A stretch of DNA of 64,000 nt from Armatimonadota bacterium (GTDB taxonomy: Bacteria > Armatimonadota > Fimbriimonadia > Fimbriimonadales > Fimbriimonadaceae). This document shows, in pieces, positions 29,274 through 38,000 of this stretch. The stretch is taken from positions 25,445-89,444 of the forward strand of contig JANYCU010000012.1 of the NCBI GenBank assembly GCA_025360125.1, given 5' to 3'. The notes under the pieces were generated by a model that saw nothing but the letters and a program-made list of their open reading frames with translations, did not search any database and had not been told where the DNA came from. Each line of letters starts with the position of its first letter. The stretch's first letter is position 1. The translations under genes and the position numbers were made by a program.

Positions 29274-29960
29274 ATGAAGAAGTTATTATTTGCAGTAGCA
29301 ATCTTGACGATTGCAGTGATGTCACAAGCTCAACGCGGTGGCGGATTCGGCGGAATGATGGGTGGCGGCGGTGCCGCAGGACTATTGACTCGAGAAGATG
29401 TCAAAGAAGACCTGAAATTGACCGATGATCAGAAAGAAAAGCTCACGGCATTGATGCCAAATATGCAAGACCGTGAAGCAATGACGGCTATGTTCCAAGA
29501 GCTCATGAAGGAAGCAGGCATTACTGACATGCAAGAAATGCAGACTCCTGAAGGGCAAAAGAAAATGGCTCCAGTCATTGCCAAACGCGCTGCGGACATG
29601 AAGAAGAAGCAAGATGCCATTCTTACTCCCGAGCAAACCAAGCGACTGGCCGAGATTAACGTTCAATTCAATGGTAACCGAGTTGTTACTCAACCCGACA
29701 TTGCCAAAGAGATCGGGATGACCGAAGACCAAAACAAGGCGATCGCTGACCTCAACAAAAAGCAAAATGCTGCAATGAGAGGACTTTTCCAACAAATGCA
29801 AAATGGTGAAATTACCATGGAAGATGTCACTGCCAAGAGAAAGGCAAATGACGAAATCCTTAATGGAGAAATCGGCAAGCTTTTGACGGACAAACAGAAA
29901 GAGCAGCTGAAGACCATGGCGGGTACGAAGAAATTCGTTCGAAAAGACGAGCCTGGCTAA
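29274..29960 (+). CDS. Periplasmic LTXXQ-motif (Spy/CpxP-like) protein
   Basis: Signal peptide followed by a Gly-rich stretch. Four LTXXQ-type motifs (LTDDQKEKL, LTPEQTKRL, MTEDQNKAI, LTDKQKEQL). Starts directly after the secretin stop. Confidence 0.7.
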   Translation: MKKLLFAVAILTIAVMSQAQRGGGFGGMMGGGGAAGLLTREDVKEDLKLTDDQKEKLTALMPNMQDREAMTAMFQELMKEAGITDMQEMQTPEGQKKMAPVIAKRAADMKKKQDAILTPEQTKRLAEINVQFNGNRVVTQPDIAKEIGMTEDQNKAIADLNKKQNAAMRGLFQQMQNGEITMEDVTAKRKANDEILNGEIGKLLTDKQKEQLKTMAGTKKFVRKDEPG

Positions 29961-29980
29961 GTCCATTCATTGATTAAACA

Positions 29981-30020
29981 AAAAAGCCCTAGTCAATGAC
30001 TAAGGCTTTTTTGTTTTTTG
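29981..30020. terminator. Bidirectional rho-independent terminator closing the secretion operon
   Basis: AAAAAAGCCCTAGTCAATGACTAAGGCTTTTTTGTTTTTT: A-run, imperfect stem, T-run. Confidence 0.8.
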
Positions 30021-30036
30021 GCGCAATATTGTTCGG

Positions 30037-30297
30037 TTAATAACCAGGTCGTAATTCGATGGATACTCGATGTGTCGGCTTGGGGGTCATAAACATGACG
30101 CCTTCGCTGAAGTCGATTCCGGGAATGTCTGTCGGTCCTCCTTCACAACAAGCCTCGATGATTCCGCAGAACTCGCACCTCATGTGCGACCGCTCCGGTC
30201 GAGTGGGCATCCCACATCGGGGACATTGATAATCGCTGGGGTTTGCGCTATCCATATTCACTATGACGACTCGCGACCAGAAATGTTGCTTTAACAT
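30037..30297 (-). CDS. Small zinc-ribbon protein (hypothetical)
   Basis: CPRCG...CEFCG Cys pairs. Start may instead be the internal Met (MDSANPSDYQCPRCG). Confidence 0.45.
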   Translation of the reverse strand: MLKQHFWSRVVIVNMDSANPSDYQCPRCGMPTRPERSHMRCEFCGIIEACCEGGPTDIPGIDFSEGVMFMTPKPTHRVSIELRPGY

Positions 30298-30325
30298 TTG
30301 ATTAAGCAGGCCCTACGGCTCAAAT

Positions 30326-30622
30326 CTATTTCTTCTTTTTCTTCTTCTTCTTGTAACTGGCACCCGTCGGCGCCTTCTTGCTTGCGGGTGCCTTCGAGCG
30401 GCTTGCCGGGACTTGGCCAGACTGCTTATCCATTACCCAACTAACAAGCGCAAAGCCAAGCGCGACAATGCCAATTAGCACCGCAACTGCGGGCGCAATC
30501 ATCGTCGCCGCTTCCATCGACGTAACCTTTGGGTCACGAGGCTTCATCACAATTGCAATGACGATCATCAGCGGAATATAGAGCGCAGCGAACAGCCCCG
30601 CAAAAGTCTTAAGATATTTCAA
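30326..30622 (-). CDS. Small membrane protein with a poly-lysine C-terminus
   Basis: Three predicted TM helices and a tail ending YKKKKKKKK. The start overlaps the mnmG stop by 14 nt. Confidence 0.55.
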   Translation of the reverse strand: MKYLKTFAGLFAALYIPLMIVIAIVMKPRDPKVTSMEAATMIAPAVAVLIGIVALGFALVSWVMDKQSGQVPASRSKAPASKKAPTGASYKKKKKKKK

Positions 30623-32504
30623 CCGTCGGCCTCCCCATCTTCCCTTTCAAATATCCGATTACCATCGCAATGTCGGTTGGCCTCACGCCCGGAATTCTCG
30701 AGGCCTGACCAATGGTTGTCGGTCGAATCCGGCTCAGCTTTTCCTTGCTCTCGTAGCTCAGGCCAGCCATTGCCTCGTAATCCCAGTCGGCCGGAATCTT
30801 CATCGTGTCAAGCTTTGTCGCATTGTCGACCAATCGCTGCTGCTGGACGATATAGCCAGCGTACATTGCCTTGAGGGCGATCTGCTCTCTTGCGTCCCCT
30901 TTCGCGGGGAGGTCAAGCGTGATGCCAATTTTAGCCGCGATTTGCTCGATCATATCGAGCGAGACGTCGGGACGACGCATGAGTTCGAAGAGCGACATGC
31001 GATTCTTCGATGGCTTAATTCCGAACGAGGCGAGATCGATGTCGTGAGCAGGCGAGACGTTAGCGATCTCCAGCGATGTGAGTCCGCGAGTAATTTCGTC
31101 CTGTTTTGCTTCAAATCTGGCCCATCGCTCGTCGGTTACGAGGCCGACTTCTCTTCCCATCGGAGTCAAGCGCTCGTCAGCGTTGTCGTGCCGCAACAAG
31201 AGGCGATGTTCGGCTCTTGCGGTCAGCATCCTATACGGATCCTCAACGCCTTTGGTCGTCAGGTCGTCGACCATGACCCCGATGAACGAATTAGTGCGAG
31301 AAAAAGGCATCGGCTCGTCTTCGCGGGCATATCTGGCGGCGTTAATCCCGGCAACGATTCCCTGCCCCGCCGCTTCTTCGTATCCACTGGTTCCGTTGAG
31401 CTGACCCGCCAGGAACATACCCGGGACAAACTTCGACATCAACTCAGGAGTCAGCTGAAGCGGGTCGGCCATGTCGTACTCAACCGCATAGCCGGGTCGA
31501 AGCAGTTCAACATTCTCTAGTCCTTCAACTGTCTTAAGGAGCTCAATCTGGACCCAAGCCGGGAGCGAAGTCGAAACTCCCTGGACGTAGACATCTTGGC
31601 CCGTCCACGTTTCCTGTTCAAGAAAAATTGGGTGCGAATCCTTATCGGCGAACTTAACAATCTTGTCTTCGATGCTCGGACAGTAGCGAGGTCCCACGCC
31701 CGCAATTTGCCCCGAATACATCGCCGATTCGTTTAAGTTTGCGCTGATCACGTCGTGGGTTCGATGGTTCGTATGCGTTTGCCAGCAAGGAAGCAGGTCG
31801 TGGAGCGGGTGAAAGTTGTCGTGGAGGAAGGACATCGGTCCAGCTTCGAGCTCGCTTTCCATTTCAAGGGTCTTTGAGAAGTCAATCGAGCGCAGTGCGA
31901 TTCGTGGCGTTGTACCTGTCTTAAATCGCCGAAGCCGGATTCCGAAACCTGCCAGCGAACCTGACAAGCCTATCGAGGCTTCGTCACCGTGCCGGGCCGC
32001 TACGGTTTGCTTTTTGCCCTCATGACACAGGCCGTTGAGGAATGTTCCGGTCGTCAGGACGACGCTTCGGGAGAAAATTTCGGTTCCGTCGGATAGCTCA
32101 ACCCCGGTGACGCCGTACGAATTGGAAAGAACTCGCTCGACACTTGCCTGGATAAGGGTTAGGTTTTCCTGTTCGCTCAATGTTTTTTGCATCAGAACGG
32201 GATAAAGATCTTTGCAGACATGAGCCCGTAGCGTTTGAACTGCCGGACCGCGCCCCGTGCCAACCCGGCGAATATGAGTCATCGCGTAGTCGGTCGTCAC
32301 CGCCATTTGTCCGCCTAGCGCGTCGACTTCCCGAGCCATATGCCCTTTTGCGGGTCCGCCGATGCTGCAGTTGCACGGCAAGTGACCAATACGGTCGAGT
32401 CGCATGGTGATGCAAGCGGTTGTTAGCCCCATTCGAGCGCACGCAAGGGCTGCCTCGATTCCGGCATGTCCGGCACCGACGACGATCACATCAAACCTAG
32501 TCAT
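30609..32504 (-). CDS. mnmG: tRNA uridine 5-carboxymethylaminomethyl modification enzyme MnmG (GidA)
   Basis: FDVIVVGAGHAGIEAA FAD motif with GidA-specific blocks throughout. ATG 32504 is preferred over the upstream 32573 start. Confidence 0.96.
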   Translation of the reverse strand: MTRFDVIVVGAGHAGIEAALACARMGLTTACITMRLDRIGHLPCNCSIGGPAKGHMAREVDALGGQMAVTTDYAMTHIRRVGTGRGPAVQTLRAHVCKDLYPVLMQKTLSEQENLTLIQASVERVLSNSYGVTGVELSDGTEIFSRSVVLTTGTFLNGLCHEGKKQTVAARHGDEASIGLSGSLAGFGIRLRRFKTGTTPRIALRSIDFSKTLEMESELEAGPMSFLHDNFHPLHDLLPCWQTHTNHRTHDVISANLNESAMYSGQIAGVGPRYCPSIEDKIVKFADKDSHPIFLEQETWTGQDVYVQGVSTSLPAWVQIELLKTVEGLENVELLRPGYAVEYDMADPLQLTPELMSKFVPGMFLAGQLNGTSGYEEAAGQGIVAGINAARYAREDEPMPFSRTNSFIGVMVDDLTTKGVEDPYRMLTARAEHRLLLRHDNADERLTPMGREVGLVTDERWARFEAKQDEITRGLTSLEIANVSPAHDIDLASFGIKPSKNRMSLFELMRRPDVSLDMIEQIAAKIGITLDLPAKGDAREQIALKAMYAGYIVQQQRLVDNATKLDTMKIPADWDYEAMAGLSYESKEKLSRIRPTTIGQASRIPGVRPTDIAMVIGYLKGKMGRPTVEIS

Positions 32505-32961
32505 CCCACCTCTCAGCGAGAACCTTCGCCATCGTCTCCAGCATGGCTTCATCGCTGGCATCGAAGGCACCAACCGTGTGGCCGTCGATATCGATCTGAC
32601 CTAAGATTTCGTGTTCGGGGCTGAAGATCAAGACTACGAGTTCAGCGCGAGTCTCTATCGAACACGCTAAATAGTTGTCCAAGGTTCGAACGTCATCAAT
32701 CACTTGGTTCTTTCGTTGGGCAACGGCCGTGCCACAGACCCCGACGCCAACCGCTATCCGCGTGTGATCCGTCACTGCTCCGACGTACTCGTCGAGAACT
32801 AGCGTGTCGCCCTCTAGCCGATAGATTCCCGACCAGTTATAGGCGTCCAGGGTGTCTAGCTGCTCCATCGAGAATCGACGCAACGCAGCTCCAGTCAACG
32901 GCGATGTGTTGACGGCGTCAAGAATACGATTCGAATCGATGGAGGAAACCACTCCCTTCAT
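32497..32961 (-). CDS. GAF domain protein (free methionine-R-sulfoxide reductase-like)
   Basis: WSGIYR...L.L..Y.G......I..G.GVCG.A......V.DV.....Y.AC pattern of fRMsr-type GAF proteins. The stop overlaps the mnmG start by 8 nt. Confidence 0.85.
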   Translation of the reverse strand: MKGVVSSIDSNRILDAVNTSPLTGAALRRFSMEQLDTLDAYNWSGIYRLEGDTLVLDEYVGAVTDHTRIAVGVGVCGTAVAQRKNQVIDDVRTLDNYLACSIETRAELVVLIFSPEHEILGQIDIDGHTVGAFDASDEAMLETMAKVLAERWDD

Positions 32962-32979
32962 TTTGGCATTTAATTGATG

Positions 32980-33618
32980 CTACGCGTACCGCTCATCATC
33001 CATTGGATACTGGCTTCCGGCCGAAAGCGTTGGGCTGGGCGGAATGATTCGAGCCCCTATTCCGGCTGGGTCGAAGTCGTCAGGAGGTTCATCATTCGGT
33101 CTGCCCGGCGGGTTATGTTTTGGCCGTTGCTGCCCAAACCCCCGACCAAATATAAAGCACAACGAACCTATTAGAAACGAGAAACAAAGATACAACGGCC
33201 AAACTTTGCCTAATTGAGGGGCATATTCGGGGTATCTCCATGTTTCAAAGACACATGTTAGGCAAAGGGCAATAAACCCGCCAATGATTGCTTGCAGAGT
33301 TCGCCACTCTTCACCTTGGTTCAATCCGAAATGGTAAGCATGCCTGATCCACTGCCACTGCCATTGATCGGGAAAATCACCCCTTCGCCTAATCTTTGAG
33401 ATAGGAAAATAGAAATACCAAGTCTTGTAGGTGTTAATCCAAGAAGCTATGGTCGCGAGGGCGGAAAAGCCACAAATGGCAACGGCGATGCTCCAACCAA
33501 GCCACTTTGGATACAGGAAAAGCAGGAACGAACTCAGGCCAAACGCAACCAATCCGCCGCTGATGATGTTGCACATCCGCGTTATGAACAGTCCGACTTT
33601 CGAGGGATAACGCTCCAC
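32980..33618 (-). CDS. Hypothetical multi-pass membrane protein
   Basis: 212-aa ORF with 4-5 hydrophobic helices and a Pro-rich tail. No recognised domain. Confidence 0.55.
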   Translation of the reverse strand: MERYPSKVGLFITRMCNIISGGLVAFGLSSFLLFLYPKWLGWSIAVAICGFSALATIASWINTYKTWYFYFPISKIRRRGDFPDQWQWQWIRHAYHFGLNQGEEWRTLQAIIGGFIALCLTCVFETWRYPEYAPQLGKVWPLYLCFSFLIGSLCFIFGRGFGQQRPKHNPPGRPNDEPPDDFDPAGIGARIIPPSPTLSAGSQYPMDDERYA

Positions 33619-33670
33619 GCTTACACCTTTAACGTATTCTAAACCAGTTTGGTTTCTTCTTGGCGACGAA

Positions 33671-33904
33671 TTAGCGACGCCGGTTCGACGACTTCCAAAC
33701 CTTCACGAAGATGACGTAAAAGACAACGCAAACCGCCAAGACCAGGTAAGTCGTGATGTGGGTGTAGAGAACCATTTGTCCCGTTGTCGGTTTCGTTGAA
33801 CCGTCCATGGGATCGACATACGGTTGACGAACCACAAACCACGAACAAATGAGTGAAAAAACCTCAAACCCAACCAACCAAACAATCGCGGACAAGAGCT
33901 TCAT
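33671..33904 (-). CDS. Hypothetical small two-helix membrane protein
   Basis: 77 aa, two hydrophobic segments, basic C-terminus. Confidence 0.45.
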   Translation of the reverse strand: MKLLSAIVWLVGFEVFSLICSWFVVRQPYVDPMDGSTKPTTGQMVLYTHITTYLVLAVCVVFYVIFVKVWKSSNRRR

Positions 33905-33913
33905 TTCTGCAGG

Positions 33914-34243
33914 TTACTCGGGATCGACAAGGATCAAAATGCCATCGGTATCGCGGACAAATGTTTCACCCGTCCGCTCGGTAATCGCCCGGTCGATTGG
34001 AAAGCCCATTTTCGCCCATTCGCCGAGGCTATTTTGAAACTCGCCACCCGGAACTTCGACCGCAAAGGCAATATCGCTGGTCCCGTCTTCGACAAAGTAG
34101 AAGGTAAATGGCGGGGCCGATACCTCTACCCAATTCGTCGATTGCGCCGTAATTTCGGCCTCAAAACACGCCACGAACCGTTGGGCAGCCGCCTCTTTGT
34201 TGGCGACGCCGATCGCGATATTATTGCTAAATTTGGCTCTCAT
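33914..34243 (-). CDS. Glyoxalase/VOC-fold-like small protein
   Basis: 109 aa with a beta-alpha-beta-beta-beta-like pattern (IAIGVAN...AAAQRF...F.F.VE). Weak family assignment. Confidence 0.6.
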   Translation of the reverse strand: MRAKFSNNIAIGVANKEAAAQRFVACFEAEITAQSTNWVEVSAPPFTFYFVEDGTSDIAFAVEVPGGEFQNSLGEWAKMGFPIDRAITERTGETFVRDTDGILILVDPE

Positions 34244-34249
34244 ACTTTC

Positions 34250-36373
34250 TTACCGAAACGCCTGTAACTCCCCGCACGACGCAAACGCCTGCCTGGGGTT
34301 GTCTCCCGTGGATGGCACCCCTTGAATCCGAATCCCGTAAACCTTTTGAGCATTCGGCATCTGATATTCGAACACTTCTCCACCCTTCAGTCCGCGACGA
34401 TTCTCTCCCGTCGTTTCCGGATAGCCTTCAAGCGACCCGAGGACCTTCCACGGACCGTCTTTCACCATTTGAATCTGGACAATAGGCTTTCCTTTTGATG
34501 AATCGAACCACCCACCATCGTGAAACACTGGCCCTTGAGTAAACGTGACTCGCCCAATCGAAACCGGATTTGCCACGGTGGCCGCAAACCAAGCAACCGA
34601 TTGACGAGCACCGTTAAAAGTCACCGTGTACGATTCGGGATCATCATCCACGATCGAACCGTCAGAATTGCCAATTTGAGACCGAGATTCCATGGTTCCA
34701 GAGAACAGGGACACCGTCGATGACGCGGTTGGCAGCCACACTTTAAATCGATCACCGTTGGCGCCAACTTCGGCGAACGGAACAAGCCCGGTTACCTCTT
34801 TGGCCATTTGCGAAGTCACAGCGACCTTGAGCCAGGGCCAAATCTTCGTGCTTTTTTCATCTTTTGCCAAGACGAAGGGACCATAAGTCCAGGCCACACG
34901 TCCAAGGTTGCTTCCGGTCCCGTCCACTTTTCGCAACGACAGCGGAGCGCTGCAATCGAAACTCTCTGACTTCCAAACCTTAGCCGGAATGAATTGCCAA
35001 CCGACTTCGTTCAGATCCGGTCTGCCCCCCGCAAACTTGATTGTTCCATTCGAATGGCGAATCTGGATTCCAAAACGCTTTCCGCTCTTCGAGATGATCT
35101 TCATTTTCTTCGTCCCCGAATTCGGAAAATCGGACATTTGTTGGATGGTCACCGGACTACCAGCGACAATCAAAGTCGCGCTCGACGTCTCCGGAGTGTT
35201 CACGACAATGAATGGGACACCTTTGATGGTCGTGGTCATATACGCTGTTTCAGGGATGATCGCCATTCCTCGCGGGCCCGATGATAGGCAGCAGCATGTC
35301 TCGTTCGTGTACGGCTTCTTCCCTTGCAGCGAGGTGTAATAGCACCAAGCGGTGCCGTCGGGCATTTGGGCGGCGGCCAGGTGATTATATTCAGACCGCT
35401 CGAATTCTGAGGCGTATTTGGCCTCACCAGTCAGGCGTAGCAACTGCTCCGATAACTGCATCCACGTAACGGTAACGCACGTCTCACCGACATTCTTGCT
35501 GGTCTGATTGGGAAGGTCGTCACCTGGGTGAAAATGTTCGTAGTAACTCGCGCTTCCGGTGATGTACAGTTCATGCTTTACAACATCACTCCATGCTCGC
35601 TTCGCAGTATCGAGATATTCGGTTCCGCCCGTGGCACGGGCCAGCTCACATAATCCAACGAGGTTGGAAAGCATTTCGTATGCCTTGCCGTTACCAACTT
35701 GGTCGATGGGACGATTTTCGGACAAAGTTGAGATAATGCGCGGTCCATCCTTCTCGTTCCAAGACTTGACAATGGTCTTGGCAAAATCGAGATATTTCGT
35801 TTGGCCCGTCGAACGATACAAAAGCACCATTGGCTCAAGCACGCTGGTCGACGCCATTCCCATGTGAGTCCCCGCCGATCGAATGCTGCGCTTCCCGTCG
35901 CCAAAAGTGTTAATCAGGAGGTCGCCGACTCGCGCCGAGCATTGCAGGGCAGACGGATTACCCGTAAATCGATAATAGGTCAGCAGGCCAAGCAAGTCAT
36001 ATTTGTGGGTCCAAACATCCCAGTCGGCACCTTCGAATAATCCGAAACGCTTGTCGGGCGTGTAAGTTCCGAGATAGCCATCACTTTGCTGGCAAGAAAT
36101 AAGCTCGGCGACGGCAGCATCGAGCTTGGCTTTCAGCTTTGAATCGCGCGAATTTGCCCAAGCGAGCGTCGCTGCATGAATCCATTTTCCGATATGCTCG
36201 CCAATCCACGGATGGCTGCCGGGTTGATGGTGGAAACCTTTGAGCAAGGGTTCGAGATCGACGTTGCGAAGGCGACCTTGTTCATTGAGCTGAATTCGCT
36301 TTCCAATGTATCCGCCAAGCTTCACACTTGCAGGTGACGACGGCACCATGACATCAGGCATTTTTGCCGCCAC
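34250..36373 (-). CDS. Glycoside hydrolase family 127 (DUF1680, beta-L-arabinofuranosidase-like) with an extra C-terminal beta-domain
   Basis: GETCVTVTW (Glu/Cys of the GH127 Zn site) and the CCCLSSGPRG Cys pair. Characteristic N-terminal (alpha/alpha)6 blocks. Confidence 0.85.
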   Translation of the reverse strand: MAAKMPDVMVPSSPASVKLGGYIGKRIQLNEQGRLRNVDLEPLLKGFHHQPGSHPWIGEHIGKWIHAATLAWANSRDSKLKAKLDAAVAELISCQQSDGYLGTYTPDKRFGLFEGADWDVWTHKYDLLGLLTYYRFTGNPSALQCSARVGDLLINTFGDGKRSIRSAGTHMGMASTSVLEPMVLLYRSTGQTKYLDFAKTIVKSWNEKDGPRIISTLSENRPIDQVGNGKAYEMLSNLVGLCELARATGGTEYLDTAKRAWSDVVKHELYITGSASYYEHFHPGDDLPNQTSKNVGETCVTVTWMQLSEQLLRLTGEAKYASEFERSEYNHLAAAQMPDGTAWCYYTSLQGKKPYTNETCCCLSSGPRGMAIIPETAYMTTTIKGVPFIVVNTPETSSATLIVAGSPVTIQQMSDFPNSGTKKMKIISKSGKRFGIQIRHSNGTIKFAGGRPDLNEVGWQFIPAKVWKSESFDCSAPLSLRKVDGTGSNLGRVAWTYGPFVLAKDEKSTKIWPWLKVAVTSQMAKEVTGLVPFAEVGANGDRFKVWLPTASSTVSLFSGTMESRSQIGNSDGSIVDDDPESYTVTFNGARQSVAWFAATVANPVSIGRVTFTQGPVFHDGGWFDSSKGKPIVQIQMVKDGPWKVLGSLEGYPETTGENRRGLKGGEVFEYQMPNAQKVYGIRIQGVPSTGDNPRQAFASCGELQAFR

Positions 36374-36485
36374 CGGATACGGCGTTTCGGGTTGAAAGAG
36401 AATCGCTAGAAAAGCCGAAAGGATTACAGCGTTATTCTATCCCGCTCTTACGAGCAGCTTGAAGCTAGCAGCAAAAGCTTCCCAC

Positions 36486-36947
36486 TTAAATACCGTCGAG
36501 TCCCATCACGATATCCCATTCCGCCTTCGTAACTGGCATCACGCTCAATCGCTGGCCTTTTCGCACCACAAACATTTCTTCTAGCCCGGCGATGGTTCTT
36601 AACTCGGCCAGGGTAACGACCCGGTTAAACTTGCTCACAAACTCAACATCTCGCAAGAGCCAGCGCGATCCATCCTTGGGAGCCTTTTCGTCGTAATAGT
36701 CGCTTAGTGGGTCGAACTGGGTCGGGTCGGGATAGGCGTCACCGACGATTCGCATCGTGCCGACGATTCCGGTTGGATCGGCGATTGAATGGTAGAAAAA
36801 TGCCATGTCGCCGTCAGCCATCGAGTCGCGGAAGAAGTTGCGGACAGTATAGTTTCGGCACCCTTCCCACATCGCTGGCTTCCCGGCACGCGCCAAATCG
36901 TCAATCGAATAAGTCTCAGGCTCGGACTTGAAAAGCCAGTAGTTCAT
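36486..36947 (-). CDS. EVE (PUA-like) domain protein
   Basis: MNYWLFKSEPETYSIDDL...W.G.RNY..RNF...M..GD..FFYHS, a canonical EVE domain. Confidence 0.88.
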   Translation of the reverse strand: MNYWLFKSEPETYSIDDLARAGKPAMWEGCRNYTVRNFFRDSMADGDMAFFYHSIADPTGIVGTMRIVGDAYPDPTQFDPLSDYYDEKAPKDGSRWLLRDVEFVSKFNRVVTLAELRTIAGLEEMFVVRKGQRLSVMPVTKAEWDIVMGLDGI

Positions 36948-36973
36948 GTGCGGCAGTTTACTTCAGGCCGGGT

Positions 36974-37020
36974 CCAACTCCAAACGCCAAACACCAAACT
37001 CCAAGCTTCCCGACTCCATC
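36974..37020. repeat. C/A-rich heptamer-type repeat block 1
   Basis: CCAACTCCAAACGCCAAACACCAAACTCCAAGCTTCCCGACTCCATC. Confidence 0.5.
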
Positions 37021-37143
37021 CCCCCGCGAAGCGGAATGCTTCTTTGGACAGAGAAGCCAGTGAGCCAATTCCGCATGATCGCTAAATGTCATTTGGCGAA
37101 CTGGATGAGTCGATTGAGCGAAGCGAATTATCTTAACGTCTTT

Positions 37144-37180
37144 CTCCAAACTCCAAACTCCAAACTCCCAACTCCATCCT
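37144..37180. repeat. C/A-rich heptamer repeat block 2, (CTCCAAA)x3
   Basis: CTCCAAACTCCAAACTCCAAACTCCCAACTCCATCC. Its last ~27 nt align to the end of block 1. Confidence 0.5.
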
Positions 37181-37265
37181 GAATCGCTCTCGAAACAATC
37201 CGACATCCATCAAAAACACGCGTACTATTCGCCGAATCAAGGAGGTACATTCTATGCCTTAAGGA

Positions 37266-38000
37266 ATGAGACAAACCATACTTGATATCAGCGACGCCAA
37301 GGAGATTTTTGAGGGCATCGCAAAGCATTGGCGGAACTCAAACCAATCCCTTTCTGGCCCCGGAATCGTTCTCAAAGGAGACTTTACCGTCGCAGCTTTC
37401 GAGCAAGCCGTCGAATACTTTGACCAGCTCGGTGCCGCTATTGATGCCACCGTCGACCAGCGCGACCGCGCCAGCGAAAATCTGTGGCTCTACAAAACAA
37501 ACATGCGGGCAATCATGCAGCGGTTTGCTTTCCTCGTGCGAGGCCTTCACCCTGACTACGCCAAGGACCTCCCCGCTCTACCCGACGTACGGTCGCACGA
37601 AGCCAAGTTTATGGCGTCAGTCGACAAGACCTTTTTAGTGTGGAAACGCATCAACCGGGTCAGTCCGATCATCATGCCTGAAGGCACAACTCTCGAAGCG
37701 TTTGGTCAAGGAATCACCGTGATTCGAGCGGCATTCAAGTCCCGCGAACGAGCGTTCGCCCACGAGCGGCATCAACGCTCAGTCCGCAGGCAACACCACC
37801 AAGCCCTGATTAACCGAGCGGTGCAATATCGGTCCCTGGTGCTCGGAACCTTTGGCGAAGAAAGCGTGCTTTCCAAGACCCTTCCCTACCTTTGGCCCAA
37901 GCAAGATCGCTCGAAGAAGCCAAAGGAAGTCGTCGAGCAGAAGCTGGAAATTGTTTCCGGCGATCAAGGACTTGACATTCAAAATTTACAAGCAATCTAA
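37266..38000 (+). CDS. Hypothetical protein (244 aa)
   Basis: Long ORF with ordinary composition. No motif recognised. Confidence 0.6.
   Translation: MRQTILDISDAKEIFEGIAKHWRNSNQSLSGPGIVLKGDFTVAAFEQAVEYFDQLGAAIDATVDQRDRASENLWLYKTNMRAIMQRFAFLVRGLHPDYAKDLPALPDVRSHEAKFMASVDKTFLVWKRINRVSPIIMPEGTTLEAFGQGITVIRAAFKSRERAFAHERHQRSVRRQHHQALINRAVQYRSLVLGTFGEESVLSKTLPYLWPKQDRSKKPKEVVEQKLEIVSGDQGLDIQNLQAI

Noticed and set aside
36946-37206. ORFs translated through the heptamer repeats (QTPNSKLP appearing twice).
   Set aside because: The repeated peptide is an artefact of translating the CTCCAAA tandem repeat. There is no start context and no coding signal.
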